From assembly GCA_965603825.1 (NCBI GenBank), contig CBFDEM010000005.1, forward strand, positions 1-64,000: a stretch of DNA of 64,000 bases, in the 5' to 3' direction. Under the pieces are notes generated by a model. That model ran no database searches. It was not told where the DNA came from and worked only from the letters and a program-made list of their open reading frames with translations. The translations under genes were made by a program, and so were the position numbers. This document shows positions 33,101-45,638 of this stretch, one piece after another (position 1 is the first letter of the stretch; the number at the start of each line of letters is the position of its first letter). The DNA is from Blepharisma stoltei ATCC 30299 (Eukaryota; Protista; Ciliophora).

Positions 33101-33991
33101 CTCATTTATAGCGTCAATGTGCAGCTGCTTCTTTTCGTTGAACTGCATTTCAACTTCTTTCAGATTTTCATCGATTTTCCTTATATCCTCCTCTATTTTT
33201 ATTTCATCATTTAAATACTGGTACCTTGACAGCTGATTTCTCAAGTTCGCGAAATCATGGACTTCTTTTTCCAACTCAATATAAGCTAAAGCTTCATTTT
33301 TAGGGTCTTCGAGCTGATTAACCGCTTTTTGGGCTTCTTCTACTCTTAAATTCTTAGCATTCAACTCATCCCCGATATTCTCAAGCTGAGCTTCTGCTTC
33401 CTGTATCAGCGGGACATAGACATTTGTCCCTATAATTTCTTCCAAATATTCCAAAAGCCCAATTTTTCCCTCATCATTTGGAGGAGCTTTTGGCCTCATC
33501 ATGGCAATTTGCTCGACTTCCCCTTGAAGAATCAAAAATCTGTTATGCTCCAAGTCGATCCCTTTTAGTTTTAGCGCCTCTTTTACCTGCTCTTGGGTGC
33601 TGAGAACTCCATTTAGTTTATAATTTGATGAGCCATCTTTTAAAACTGTACGAGTCAGGGTAAGACTCGACCCTGGAATCACTAGGTACCCGTGCTCTGT
33701 GTCGACTATGTCACTAAAATACACTGAAACTCTGGCAAAATTGAGGTCTGGGAAGCGATTGGAGACGTGGATCAGTTCGGAGAGCTTTTTCAAACGCATT
33801 TGCCGCGCTCTTTTGCCGAATGCAAAAAGAAGGCATTCTAGTAAGTTCGATTTGCCAGATCCATTCGGACCGACAACTGCTGTGAAATTCTTGTGGAATG
33901 GGCCTATTTCCTTGACTCCTGCGTATGATTTGAAGTTTTCGAGGACTACTCTTTCGATTATAAGTCTTGGCGCGGTTTGGTCACCTGACAT
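30161..33991 (-). CDS. SMC4: Condensin subunit SMC4, 1276 aa
   Basis: ENFKSYAG..IGPFHKNFTAVVGPNGSGKSN, hinge GRLGDLG, PPNKSWK..NLSGGEKTLSSL, YVMDEVDAALD. ATG at 33991 (MSGDQTAPRL) preferred over the track's upstream start. Confidence 0.97.
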   Translation of the reverse strand: MSGDQTAPRLIIERVVLENFKSYAGVKEIGPFHKNFTAVVGPNGSGKSNLLECLLFAFGKRARQMRLKKLSELIHVSNRFPDLNFARVSVYFSDIVDTEHGYLVIPGSSLTLTRTVLKDGSSNYKLNGVLSTQEQVKEALKLKGIDLEHNRFLILQGEVEQIAMMRPKAPPNDEGKIGLLEYLEEIIGTNVYVPLIQEAEAQLENIGDELNAKNLRVEEAQKAVNQLEDPKNEALAYIELEKEVHDFANLRNQLSRYQYLNDEIKIEEDIRKIDENLKEVEMQFNEKKQLHIDAINEYQSKQQEYITYVKNEKKLKEDVEEMSRKYDQVEENKKGIEKKQEDTYKNIAAENKRKDGIRETLEELYQAIPAVVNSLQETLRDKEAVEAEYNARNAEIISATEEMQRRKMAFEKDLVPCKKQHDDILGRKEVNKQKIEFLLSERAQEDEERKTIENDIESCQENLEIKNKELQELERRFEAVQEEVKNKKESYEELFRDLDIAKKQLALSKKQLQDIEENERKAEGKSKLIQDINTAKRTGELGGILGRLGDLGVIDSKYDVAVSSAAARLDNIVAETVQDAEKLIEFVRNRNLGRINVIVLDKVKQQWEQRARAPFESPDARALRLFDIIKFDDINLEAAFYYAMSDTLVTETMDDARRIAFGGQKRYRVVTLTGEIINPSGEMQGFAKPKSGLMCVQQQNYHRISFSQNDIGALQETIRQLTLQVNDMNAKVKQFQSEIAAERKEKDQSLHNLQIMKNDCEGLRERLEKLISRQAELTSKSQINQDKELAELREIEKKNEQALVKILKVIENIQNQIEKTEKEIDEFGGEDFKELKKRRHHLYEAEEHLKTEAEKQNKKLIQCKKDFDKVQKKLNELESTKTELDQKFVQLKEESEIIEQKALEAIKLHEEAKIVKAALEKTLTELNRQQAEMKKEFDEILEKRNKLKLQRKDEVANLAQIQNEINKWDARIEKNRKDYQELVNEYQDVLGIAMEIVEEKEDTEEDVENPRKRGKKDEERKMLRFPVNKDFTKEEMENLYSKLETIKKLEVKVQEDLTAARPNLGVIQEYRARVEDKKGKEDEFYQVKLREAELRKKYSDLTGRRLQEFNTGFTMISQKLREMYRMITRGGDAELEFADSTDPFSEGIVFTVRPPNKSWKKMANLSGGEKTLSSLSLVFALHHYKPNALYVMDEVDAALDFQNVSVIANYIKDRTKNAQFIIVSLRYQMFELADRLIGVYKTRDVSQTITISPCSLKESDKSNPIIRQTLSNIKVN

Positions 33992-36695
33992 TTTATATTT
34001 GAATTTAAATGAAATCTTTCTTAAGTGATTCTTAGGGCAAATAAAACCGACTTTTATCATCAAGCAAGTCCGAGGATTAGATAAATCTTCACAATATTGA
34101 ATAAAGAATTGACTGACAAGAAAATTTTTAAGTTTAAATTTTTATTTATGAAAAGCATTTATTGAAGAATATTGAGGGATTTGAAGAAACTAATTCGAGA
34201 AGGGCTATTTTTATATTATTGCAATCAATTATATTTTTAATTTTTGAATAATAGCAAAAACAATAAAAATCTTCAAATGTCGGCAAGAATAATTTTGAGA
34301 GGCTGTGCCCGGGCAAAATAAAATAAAAATTTAAAGAAGTTGTGGAGCCTTCATAATATTAAGAATAAGGCCTATGAAAAAATATTTTAAATACATCATA
34401 TTTATTCAAAGACTGTGACACTAAATCTCAAATATTTTTTAATCATATTAAGTTAAAGTTACTAAATCCCTAAGTCTAGGTAATTTTGACTCAATTAAAA
34501 CTAAATCAATTTCTTCAAATTGTATATTTATATAATAAGAAATATTAATAAGGTGCTTATTTATTATATTAAAATTAAGCTGATAGGTTGCCAATGCCAC
34601 ACTGGAGGTAGCTAAGTATAATTATAGTCTTGCTTAATTTTAGATAGGCATTTTAAGTGTATCTTTAAATTTGTGAGCAAAATATTTATTTGCCATCAAA
34701 ATTGGCTATATTTAAACTATTTAGTAAGCCATTTGTGACTTTTTGATTATAATTAAAATTAGACTTATAATTTAATTTCTTTGCTTAAAAGAAAAATTGG
34801 AAATAGAGAAAATCAAGACTGAGATGAATCAAGAAACAAATTGGACTCACTTTATGCAGTGTGAATCGTCTGCCTTTGAAAAGCTGCTAAACAGCAATTA
34901 AACTATATATTTGTATTTTTAATAAGTAAATTAAATTTTTTTAAAGTTAAAAAAATTTTAGGTCTTAGTTATTATTTTGACAAATAAGAAATGTGCCAAA
35001 GCAAAAGCAATATTATCTAAAAATCAATATGATCGTGCATTCAAGCCTAATTTTTTGAATGCCCAATTAATTAAGAGCAATAAATAATTTATAGCTCTTA
35101 AAACAGCTAAATAAATTTAGGAGGCCATGAAATGGTATCAACTGTTTATAATAGAAATTAGTAATAGGAAGCTTATTAGGATATTGAAATAATTTTAAGT
35201 ATATAATCAAAAATAAATCTGTTATAAAGCGTCAATTTATATGATGCATCCAGAATAGGATGCCTTTTGGCAGCATCTTTCGATATTAGTAATTATAAAA
35301 TCGGGGAAGAAAGTAAAAGGAATTTTAATTTTGAAGATTCCAAAAAAGTTTCAGTCCAATTCTTGAAGCATCAAGATAACCAGATGCAAAACTGAGTATT
35401 ATTTGGTAAATAATTATTTAAGTAAACAGACCTTTAGAATTATCATCTTTAATTTTACCAACAACAGAACTGAAAATTTAGACTAATTTGGGAGAGCTTA
35501 AGCAATATATTATAAATTATACTCTATTCAGAGGAATCGGTATTTAAGAAAAGAAAATTTAGAAAAAGAGACTAGTTTAACATTTTTTTGGAATCTAGAT
35601 TAAAATTATTTTATAGGCTATTTTTAACGTATAGACTTAGCTTATTTTTTGCTTCAATTTGATAAAACTTATATAAAAATTGTAATGAAAATTGTTTATA
35701 TTTCATTAAAATAAATTATAAATTATTAATAAAGCAATATATTCTCATCATAATATCAATTTTATTATTAAAAGATATAGAAAATTACCTTAAATAGCCC
35801 CATAAGTGCATGAATTCGGCTAATTTTCAAATTTGATCAGACCAAACTAATAATTTACAATTTAGCTGGCAATTCCCCGCTTATAGGAATTAAGTACCAT
35901 CTAAAAAATGTTGTGTAGAAATAAAATATTGTTAGATAATTATCTCCGAGAACTTTTTTTCTGCATCTTATTATTTATCTAAGGGGGCAGTGTGAAGCTT
36001 CAAAAATTAAGCTGCACAGAGAAGGATTCAAATAAATGAATTTATCTTTAGTTAATAAGTAAAAGTCTGTCCCATTCTTTAAAAACAGTTCAAAAATTAA
36101 TATATAAATAATAAACTATATATCATAATCTGTTCAAATGCAATAGTGTATAAAATATCCTAAAATAATCATTTTGGCTATGGAGCTTCAAAATAAGCTG
36201 TATAAACTTTTACACAAAAATATTCATTGGCATTGTTGAAATTAAGACTCAAAAATCTAATCATTTGGGATTCCTTGTAATCTCAATATTTTCTGCTTAA
36301 TCTTTATTCTTGTTTGGTTTTCCCTCACTGGACATCAGCGGAGATTTAGTGTTTATATGAAAATGGAAAAAAAGTATATTCTTGAGATGGTGCAGATTAC
36401 GAAAGCATAGCTGTACAGATAAATCCAATGAGTTTATCTAGCTGGCTCTTTTCTTTAAAGTTGTAGCTATAAATTCCTATGCAAGGTTCTGAATCTGCAA
36501 AAGGATTCTGGTTACCGGAGAAGAATTACGTGCAGAAATTTATTTATTTGATTTTTCTTAATGACATTAATTTATTCTATATCTAATTATTTTAAAAGTA
36601 AACCTTAAACTGATTTATTTGGCAGTACTCTTAATAAAGATATTTGAAGATGATAGGCAAAGTAGTATTTAATCTATTTAAAACCCAATAAAAAG

Positions 36696-39524
36696 TTAAA
36701 ATCTAAATTCCTGACAATTTTCTAGTGTATTTTTGCTAAAGTTGAACTTATAGTATTTGTAGATATTTCCGCTACAATAGCCGTAGTCTGGATGGAAAAA
36801 TCCAATATATGGATCATCATAAATTGATGCTATGCAGAGTTGTGCAAAACTATTTAAATTTGAATATCCTATTTTTTTCCATGTATTTTCATTTGAAACT
36901 CCGCTTTCATATATATCTCCCGATTGAATCAAATAAGCCTTATTTTTGCTTTGAAATAGCAGCTTTGTTCTGTTACTGCTGATATTAAATGAAAGAACTT
37001 CAGAATAATTATTGCTCTGTATGTTATACTTATAAATTTTTGAATGATAATAACCAGTCAATAAAATTTTTTGGTTGAAATATATACATGAGCATGAGCC
37101 TGAAGCAATTGGAAGAGGAGATAGCCTGGATCATGAATTTTGAATAAGGTTAAAGCAAGTTACAAGTTGAGATCTGTTATCGCTTTGATCTTTGCCCCCG
37201 AAAACGTAAACTGAGTTATTTAAGTAAATAGCTCCAGAATCATAGCAAGGAGTACCAGGTGGGAGCATTCTTCCTAATTCACAATTTTTTGTGCTAATGA
37301 TGCACGAAATCCCAGAAAAAGGATTTTTGCTTCCGTAGCAAAATAATTCGTTATCGGGTAGCAGAGCAATGCATGCATTGATACTTAAAGGCTCTGGAGT
37401 ATTTATATATCAGGAATTCTTCGTAGTATTTAGAATGTCAATCTTGGTAAACAATGTTTTTTTTATAGAATTATAATATCCGCGATTATCTTTTTCTCTC
37501 ACAGAGCAATTAGTTACAGCATAAAGAAATTTGCTGCTTTCAGGAATAGAAACCATCCTATTATAAGCTGCTGCGACATTTAAATACTCTTTGGCGTAAT
37601 CTTGATAAACTTCTTTCAATTTTGCACAAACATCACATAAGTCTTTTATAGTTTTATTATTTTCGTAAATATTTTTGATTTCGTTATATTCTTTTGTGAT
37701 TGATTCATATATTATTTTAATGCCTGGAATATCGCTGGAGAATAAAATTGTTGAGCAGGAAATCATTTGGGCTTCAATTTGGGATTTAAATTGGGAGCAG
37801 ATATTTATTCGACTTTTGAGATTATTTATTTCTTCATTAATCTTGCTTACAGACGAGAGCGTAAAAGCATTAAATGCTTCACTTGCCTTTTTCTTAACTT
37901 TCAAATACTCATTAAAATGCTTTTGTAGTTCTGGAGAATCCTGGATTAAATCCTTAAAATCCTGGTTTTTGTTATATTGCTCGTTAACATAATTAAAATC
38001 TTCCTCAATTATTGCATTGAGATTTTCAAGCTCTTTTGATAGATTTATGAAAGTCTCTTGAGATAGCTCAAAATAGGTCTGGTTAATTCTATCGATTTTA
38101 CCTTCAAAGCTTTTAATTTTATCTCCCATATTTTTAAATTTGCTTACTTCTTGGTGATAATGATTTAAACAAAGCAGCGTTCTCCTATATTTTTCGGAAT
38201 AAGATCTGAAATTCTTATAATATATCTTATATTTTGATTTTATTTCGCTGCTGTATTCAAATAATTGGATATAGTCTGCGTTAGACCCGTAATTGATATT
38301 TGTTTGATTATAGTCTTGGAGAACTTGCTTATTGGATTTTTCTAAGCTCACTTTGCTAGACTTAACCATTTCGACCGGAATGTTTGCAATACTTTCTTTG
38401 ATAGACTCACAATTTAAAATGTTGCTAATTTTCTTATCAAAATTATCCAGTTCTTCACACTCAAGTTCGATTTTTCTGTTTGGAGTTAAGTTAGAAACGC
38501 TGATTGGATTTAATTTAACTTGAGGACCAAATCCTTGATTTATATTTTTAAGCTCAGCAGAAAATTTATCCTTTAAATCATTGATCTTTGTATCAATCAC
38601 AGTTGAATACCTCATTTCCAACTCCTTTATCTGATTTGGCAAGGCGTTTTTGAGCTCAGCTAAAAATTCATCTTTTAACGCCTTAAGTTTTACATCTTGC
38701 ATTGATAAGTGTTTTGCTTCAGCTTCTTTAAGCTGTGCTTCTAAACTCTTTTTTAACTTCATATGCTCGCTATTGAGAAGCTCAATTTTCTCTTTACTAC
38801 TTTTTATATCATTTTCGACAGCAAATCTATCATATAAACCATAATTTCCAATTTCTTCAATTTTTCTGTCATATTTCAGCATGGCTTCATTGATTTTCTT
38901 TTCACAATTTTTTTCAAGCAAACTTATTTTGTTGTCAAATTTATTAAGTCGATTTTCTATAGGATTTGTTCGTTTATTTATCATAAATTTGATTTTGTTC
39001 TCAACGAGTTGACTGATTAATTTTTCTACGTCAAAAGTACAGAAAAATTTTATTGCGTTATCCAAATTAGAAGCCTGAGGAATAAGATTTTTGTAAAGCT
39101 GAATGGCCTCTTGCTGGGATAAAGCCAAAGATTTTATAAGAATGTCTTTTTCGTATTTCGAGATCTTTTCAGTATTTGATACAAGATTAATCAAAGCTTC
39201 AACTTTGCTGAGGTTTGGATCAAAATTTTTCAAGGTTTCCTCGAAGTTCATTTCTGTTTGTTTTGAGCTCTCTGAAATCGTTTTTAAGGCATTTTTTAAA
39301 GATTCTTCAAGAGCATTTTTTTCGCTTTTGAGAAGCTCAAGCACTGCTTCCTTGGATTGCGGATTTGGTTTCTCAAATAATGCTTCAACTTTGTGAGCCA
39401 CAGGATTGCTTAAGTGTATGCCCATATGCTGGTTGCATAGTATAGTTTCTATGGAGTTGCAATTACAACTAAATTCAGGATTTTCTTTGCAGTTTTCGTA
39501 AAAGCAAGATATTCTTTCCTCCAT
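36696..39524 (-). CDS. Zn-finger (B-box-like) + long coiled coil + Kelch-like beta-propeller protein, 942 aa
   Basis: CFYENC..CNC..LCNQHMGIH..H; coiled coil; after UGA 37410: ELFCYG, SVYVFGG..CFNLIQNSWSRLSPLP, KILLTG..IYKYNI. Single frame to TAA 36696. Confidence 0.85.
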
Positions 39525-40056
39525 TGCTATACTATATTATATATAAAACCTAAAGAATTGTATAATTTTTATGCTTATTTCAATGCGCTTATCTTGATTA
39601 TGATATAGAATATCAACACTAGTAGCATTAATAAAGCATGGCTTTCTTCATTTTTGTCTTTTTCTCCTAATTCAAATGAGTATTTTCAATGTTTTCATCA
39701 GTTTTCAATGTTAATTTTCCACTTAAGAAATGATATGGAGCGTTTGTTATTAAATAGGAGAGCCAGAGAAGGGCTTATCGCTGATTTAAAGACTTGATCA
39801 AAAGCTAAAACTAGAAATAAAATATCATGAATAAATAAACACAATTTTAAAGTAATACTGATTATTGGCTTAGCTGAAATAGTTAAATTTTGGATTTGCT
39901 AAAAACTCAGATCTATCGATTAAGTTTTATGAGAGATTATTTTAAATCTTCTTAAAATTCATGGAAAAATGATGGGTCCTTATTTTAAATCCAAAAATTT
40001 CAATATTAATCCTTGACATTTTTGGTTTTTAAGGGGCTCATTTTATTATTATAATA

Positions 40057-40377
40057 TGAATCTAAATTTTTAGGAAACTAATATCAAAACTCAATTTCAG
40101 CAAAAGCTCTGGTAAGTGAAAGAAAACCTTTTATTTAAATATGTTCTGGGCAGGGATAATACTAATGAACTACTTAACCTACAAGGAAAATAAAAAGTTT
40201 GCAGATATTGCAGATTCAGAACTTTTATTATGTTTGAAACATCGTGAAGAAATTGAAAAATATGAATTTGATTCCTATTATAATGAATTGCAAATCAAAG
40301 ATCTAATTAAACAATATCAAGATACAATAGATGCTATGAAAAAAAGAGGAAAGCTCTACCTTCCCATAATAATCTGA
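40057..40377 (+). pseudogene. Possible small single-TM protein gene, frameshifted or of uncertain start
   Basis: The frame of ORF 40141 is open upstream (..RKLISKLNFSKSSGKWKKTFYLNMFWAGIIL). ATG 40057 would be in frame if one base of a short homopolymer were removed. The 3' end is unclear (UGA 40375). Confidence 0.3.
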
Positions 40378-40714
40378 AAAGTTCTATTAATTAAGAAATA
40401 CATATTAATGTTTTTTAAATGAAAATAGCATATATCTTTAAATCTAATTTAATTATTTATGAAAACAGCTATTTTATTATATTGAAATTCTTATAATTCT
40501 ATGCTTATTTATTTAAAAATAATTATTATATTTATTCTTTAAGTTTTGGATAAATTTTAGTTATATAAAAAATAATCTCTGTATAAATTATTCAGTGTAT
40601 TTCTGGCAATCGAAAATTTCAACTAAATTGCAAGTGACTTCCAATATAAGCAAAACTAGTGACATGAAATCATAATTATAATGTATATTGATAATATGCT
40701 AATTAAGGAAAAAA

Positions 40715-41440
40715 TTAATTATACCCGCCTTTGTGTCTGGGCGGCACCGGTAGATGCCCAACTTTATCCATGCTCTCCAACAAAGTTAAATCTTTCCTTA
40801 ATATAACTTGTGAAACCCCAGTATTATAAAAATTCAGCAAAGGCTCAAAAAATGCATTTCCTTTATAAATCCATTCTTTCAATAAAAAATAAAACAAAAA
40901 ATTCAAAAATTTCCCATGTGTGATTAGCGCAATGCTTGTAAAAGGATACTCCTTATTATTTGCATACCCAATTAGTCTATTTCACAAATTTTTTGCTCTA
41001 GTCTCAGCTTCTTCTAACGTTTCTACCGTTTCTTTAAAAAATCATCCATTCTCATTAACCTCATTTGGAATTTCGAACTCAGGAAACATTTTTAGTAGCT
41101 GCGACCTTGTAGACCCAGGGAAAGGAACCCCATTTCTTCTCGGCCCTCTAACTTCATATATATCAGTCCATACTTCTCTTTTCGCATCGATCCCATCAAA
41201 TGCAAATTTCGCTGTCTGAAGCGTCCTGATCATAGGGCTTGTATAGACACACTGTATCTCAAAATTTTTCCAATTTTTTTTCATGTACTCACCCAACTTT
41301 GTCGCTTGATCTTGCCCGACTGATGTCAAAACTGGGTCAATTTCTCTATATGATTCATAACTCTCCCTATGTGTTAATTTCATATAATTATTGTAAGATT
41401 CTGCGTGGCGGATGAAATAGACTTTGAGTCCTTTACTCAT
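40715..41440 (-). CDS. Histidine phosphatase (phosphoglycerate mutase-like) family protein, 241 aa
   Basis: YFIRHAESYNN, LTSVGQDQA, YTSPMIRTLQTA, IALITHGKF, YNTGVS; two UGA=Trp join the ORFs. Confidence 0.92.
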
Positions 41441-41574
41441 TTATTTGATAATTTTATTAATAATTATGAATATCTAAAATTTCAAGAAAAAGGGCAGTCA
41501 TTTATAAAGAATGAAATAACACACTCAAGCAACTTTATTAAAGATAAAGACCTAGTGCTTTTCAAGTTAACATG

Positions 41575-41801
41575 ATGGCTTCCACAAAGAGTAAAGAGGA
41601 ATTAGAGAAAGCATTATGAAAATACAATTGAATACCGTAATGAAAATTGGTAAGGAAATTGAAGTGCTAGAGGACACATATTTAAGGAGAAACGTCGATT
41701 TGCAAAGAGAAAAAGTGCAACAAATGGAAGGAAATAATACATTTGAGAAAATAGAAGAAGAAATCATAGATTTGGTCCAAGAATTCATATATATTGATTA
41801 A
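41575..41801 (+). pseudogene. Frameshifted paralog of the 42615-42854 small helical protein
   Basis: Aligned ATG-GCT-TCC-ACA, then a 1-bp loss and TAA relative to the paralog; the downstream part is still open (41616..41801). Confidence 0.6.
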
Positions 41802-42311
41802 TTACTTTCTGAGCATATTTACTGTTAATTAAAACCTTAGCTATCAATGAAGCTGAGCCAAAGTAAAAGCTAAATGTATTCTGATGGATCTTATTAAACT
41901 CTTAGCTCCAATTCTTCTAATATTTCCTTTATTTCTTTAAAATCAATCTTTCTTATTTTCTATTAGTAAATTTAGACTCAGTAATCATCACCTTAGAAAC
42001 GTTTTCTTCCCAACTATACCAGCAGTGAGTCATTTTGTCAAGAGAAGCATATGATACTGAAGCATAGATTGAAGTACAAAAAAGAATTATGGATATATTT
42101 TAACGTTTAAAGAGCTTCAAAATATTCAGCTCGAATAACTTATATTGCAAATGCTATTGTTTTTGCAATGATTTTAGAACTTTGAAATAATAATAAATTG
42201 CCAAGTTCAAATTTGATAAAATTCAATTATAAATCTGCATATAAAAATAATAGAAAGAAGAGTTTATAGCGCCTTATTAAATTTGGGAGGCTTCTGGTAT
42301 GTGGAGATACT

Positions 42312-42478
42312 GCATCTCAAAATTTTTCCAATTTTTTTTCGCGTTCTTGTCAAACTCAATTGGACTGATGCTAGAATTGGGTCAATTTTTCTATTTGATT
42401 CATAGTTCTGTTAATTTCATACAATAATTGTAAGATTCTGTTTGAGCGAATGAGAAAGACTTTGAGTTCTTTGCTCAT
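42312..42478 (-). pseudogene. Decayed 5' fragment of the histidine phosphatase gene
   Basis: ATG AGC AAA GAA CTC AAA GTC TTT CTC ATT CGC (cf. MSKGLKVYFIR), then frameshifts and stops; similarity ends near 42312. Confidence 0.8.
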
Positions 42479-42614
42479 TTATTTGATAATTTTATTAATG
42501 ATTAATGAATATCTAGCATTTCAAGAAAGAAGGGCAGTCATTTATAAAGAATGAAATAAGGCACTCAGCAGCTTTATTAAAGATAAAGACCCAGTGCCTT
42601 TTCAAGCTTGCATT

Positions 42615-42854
42615 ATGGCTTCCACAAAAGAGTTAAGAGAGATTAGAGAAAGCATCATGAAGCTACAATTAGAAGGCCGAGCAATGGAAATTGTCCAGAA
42701 AATTGAAGCGCTAGAGGACACACATTTAAGGAGAAATGTCGAGTTGCAAAGAGAAAAAGTGCAACAAATGGAAGGAAATAATACATTTGTGAGGGAAATC
42801 GAAGAGGAAATAATGGATTTGATCCAAGAACTCATATATATTGATCGGACATAA
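42615..42854 (+). CDS. Small helical hypothetical protein, 79 aa
   Basis: MASTKELREIRESIMKLQ..ELIYIDRT*; frame conserved in the paralog at 41616-41801. Confidence 0.55.
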   Translation: MASTKELREIRESIMKLQLEGRAMEIVQKIEALEDTHLRRNVELQREKVQQMEGNNTFVREIEEEIMDLIQELIYIDRT

Positions 42855-42865
42855 TTAATTACTTT

Positions 42866-42884
42866 CTAACACCCTAACACCCTA
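42866..42884 (+). repeat. Interstitial telomeric repeat CTAACACCCTAACACCCTA
   Basis: 19-nt perfect match to the (CCCTAACA)n register, same orientation as the terminal telomere. Confidence 0.9.
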
Positions 42885-42944
42885 GAGATCCCAGCCTTTT
42901 CTTATTTAAAAATCGTTTCCAATTGATAAGAAAATTTTAATAAA

Positions 42945-43688
42945 ATGGATGAATCAATTAGCATCGACAGCACAATTGAAGGCGACCCTGACTATATTAT
43001 TATCAAAATTTCTGATCTGAATCCTCTCCACTGCAATAAGCAACGTCTTATTGATTCAAGCGACTACTTTGAAGCTTTAGTTCGCAATGGTGGGTTCAAA
43101 GAAGGGATTCTTGGCTGTGTGAATTTCTCATTATCAGAATGGCGTGAAGAATACTACACTTTCTTCTCCTGGCTTTCCTCAGGAATCGATCTCCTTAAAG
43201 TCCTGAATACTCGCTGTTTACTATTTTTTATTATTTTTGGGAATTATTTTCAATTGAAACCTAAATATTTCAAAATTTTGGATCAATATGCAGGGAATAT
43301 TAATATTTTAGATCAAAATGTGCAGACTTATCTGATGATTTATTGGTCGTATAGGTATATACCTTTTACTACAATGACCACAATGGTTTTAAGCAACCAA
43401 TCTTCTCAAGGAAATCAACAATTGGTGAAGCTGGTTCTGGCGTGGCTTGATGAAAAATCGTTTGAAGACAGAAGAGCATTGGAGTCTTCAGAGCAGTTTC
43501 ACCAAGTCAGAGCATTTTTAAAAACAATCAGCTCATGGATTCCTACAAATGTGGCAGAACTTATGGGGATTATATCAGATTATCCTTACGCTGCCCAAGT
43601 TTTTGACATAATTTCTCTATTCTCTACTATGAAAGCAGTTTGTTTCTGTACAAGATTCACCCCGACTGTAGTGTTTAAATATGCTTAA
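42945..43688 (+). CDS. BTB/POZ-domain protein, 247 aa
   Basis: LHCNKQRLIDSSDYFEALVRNGGFKEG..FFSWL..GNYFQL matches the BTB pattern. Confidence 0.75.
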   Translation: MDESISIDSTIEGDPDYIIIKISDLNPLHCNKQRLIDSSDYFEALVRNGGFKEGILGCVNFSLSEWREEYYTFFSWLSSGIDLLKVLNTRCLLFFIIFGNYFQLKPKYFKILDQYAGNINILDQNVQTYLMIYWSYRYIPFTTMTTMVLSNQSSQGNQQLVKLVLAWLDEKSFEDRRALESSEQFHQVRAFLKTISSWIPTNVAELMGIISDYPYAAQVFDIISLFSTMKAVCFCTRFTPTVVFKYA

Positions 43689-43756
43689 TTCACTGATTTT
43701 AATTATCATTTAAATCAGCATAGCTTTACTTTTAAATCTAATTTAATAAAGATAAA

Positions 43757-44869
43757 ATGTTTGGTAAATCCTTACTAAAACAACGTACAATTTCAAGCAG
43801 CAATTTTTCTCCCAATTTTTCATCAGGTGTTAGTTTCCGCTTAATAGAAGCCCGACTTACAAAAAGTGTCGCCATTATAGGCTCAATGAACATCTACGCA
43901 AAAGTTTACTATTCCAATCAAATTTGGGAAAGCTCAGTTTGCTCCAGCCTTGGGCTTCATCCAAAATGAGACGCTTCCTATCATTTTGACTATTCAGACT
44001 CACACACCATCCAATTAATTCTGTTCCATAAAGCTTTTCTATTAGGGGATACTGAAATTGGTCGGTGCACTATAGATCTTCATGATGTTTTACAAGGCCA
44101 CTTAACTGAATGATGGGACCTGCTATCCTTGACTAATGAGACCACTGGGACTGTCTTGGTCAGTTTTAATCTTGGGAATTTGACAGTCCCAGAGGACAAA
44201 TTGTTGACAACTCACAGTTCGAATTGTTCTTGAGATATCAGAGTCCCTGAATTTGAAATGGACTTTTCACCTATACGTCCAAGTAGGCCTTCCCCAGACA
44301 CCCGACGACAACTAAGTGAGCGGACGACAGAAAAGAAAATGATTCGTTTTAGCACAGAGCCAGATGAAGTTTTAGAGGTCGATGACATTAAATCAGACCT
44401 TATGGAAGAAAATGAAAGATTGAGAAGACAAGAAGCCAAGGTAAGAAAAATGTTTGAAAAGCTTAAAGACGAGTTTGTGAAGATGAAAGAAGATAAAGTT
44501 GGACTCAAAAAATCTAAAGAAAGTTTACAAATTAGAGAAGAATGCATAGTCGCTGAAAAAACGTCATTACAAGAAGAAAAAGAAAGGCTGGAGCGAGAAA
44601 AAGAAGAAATCGAAAAACAAAAAGAAATTTTGAACCGGGACTACTTAAAGCTGAAGCAGGAAAAATATAAATTAAACGCAAAGAAAAAAGTGATAGAAAA
44701 GACTGGAAAACAGCTGAGCTCAGCTTCAAAGCAGCTTGAAAAACAAAAAGACGTGATGAAGAAAGGGACTTTGAGAAGTGTAAATAGAGACCTAAACGAG
44801 CTTGAAGACCTTGAAGACATCTCCAGAGAACTTGCTGGGTTTCCTGAAGACTCAACTGACTCCTATTAA
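43757..44869 (+). CDS. C2-domain + coiled-coil protein, 370 aa
   Basis: LIEARLTK..IGSMNIYAKV..HPKWDASYHF..DTEIGRCTIDL..EWWDL (C2; conserved W codons include UGA), then coiled coil; single frame. Confidence 0.85.
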
Positions 44870-44886
44870 TGTAATTGATTAGATAA

Positions 44887-45501
<615 letters not shown>

Positions 45502-45638
45502 ATAAATATATATTAAACGCAATAAATAATAAAATTAATGCTTATATATTATTTAAGATCTCCATTTTTATCTTAATTAGTTAGGATATCATCATTTTGC
45601 TTTAATCCTTGAAAATACAAGGTGAATAATCAATTAAT

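Noticed and set aside
33992-34063. N-terminal extension of SMC4 given by the ORF track
   Set aside because: Non-ATG start in AT-rich leader; SMC4 homology begins just after ATG 33991.
35246-35277. Small hairpin GCATCC-N6-GGATGC with an alternative pairing
   Set aside because: A 6-bp stem is expected by chance in 64 kb; no ncRNA family features recognised.
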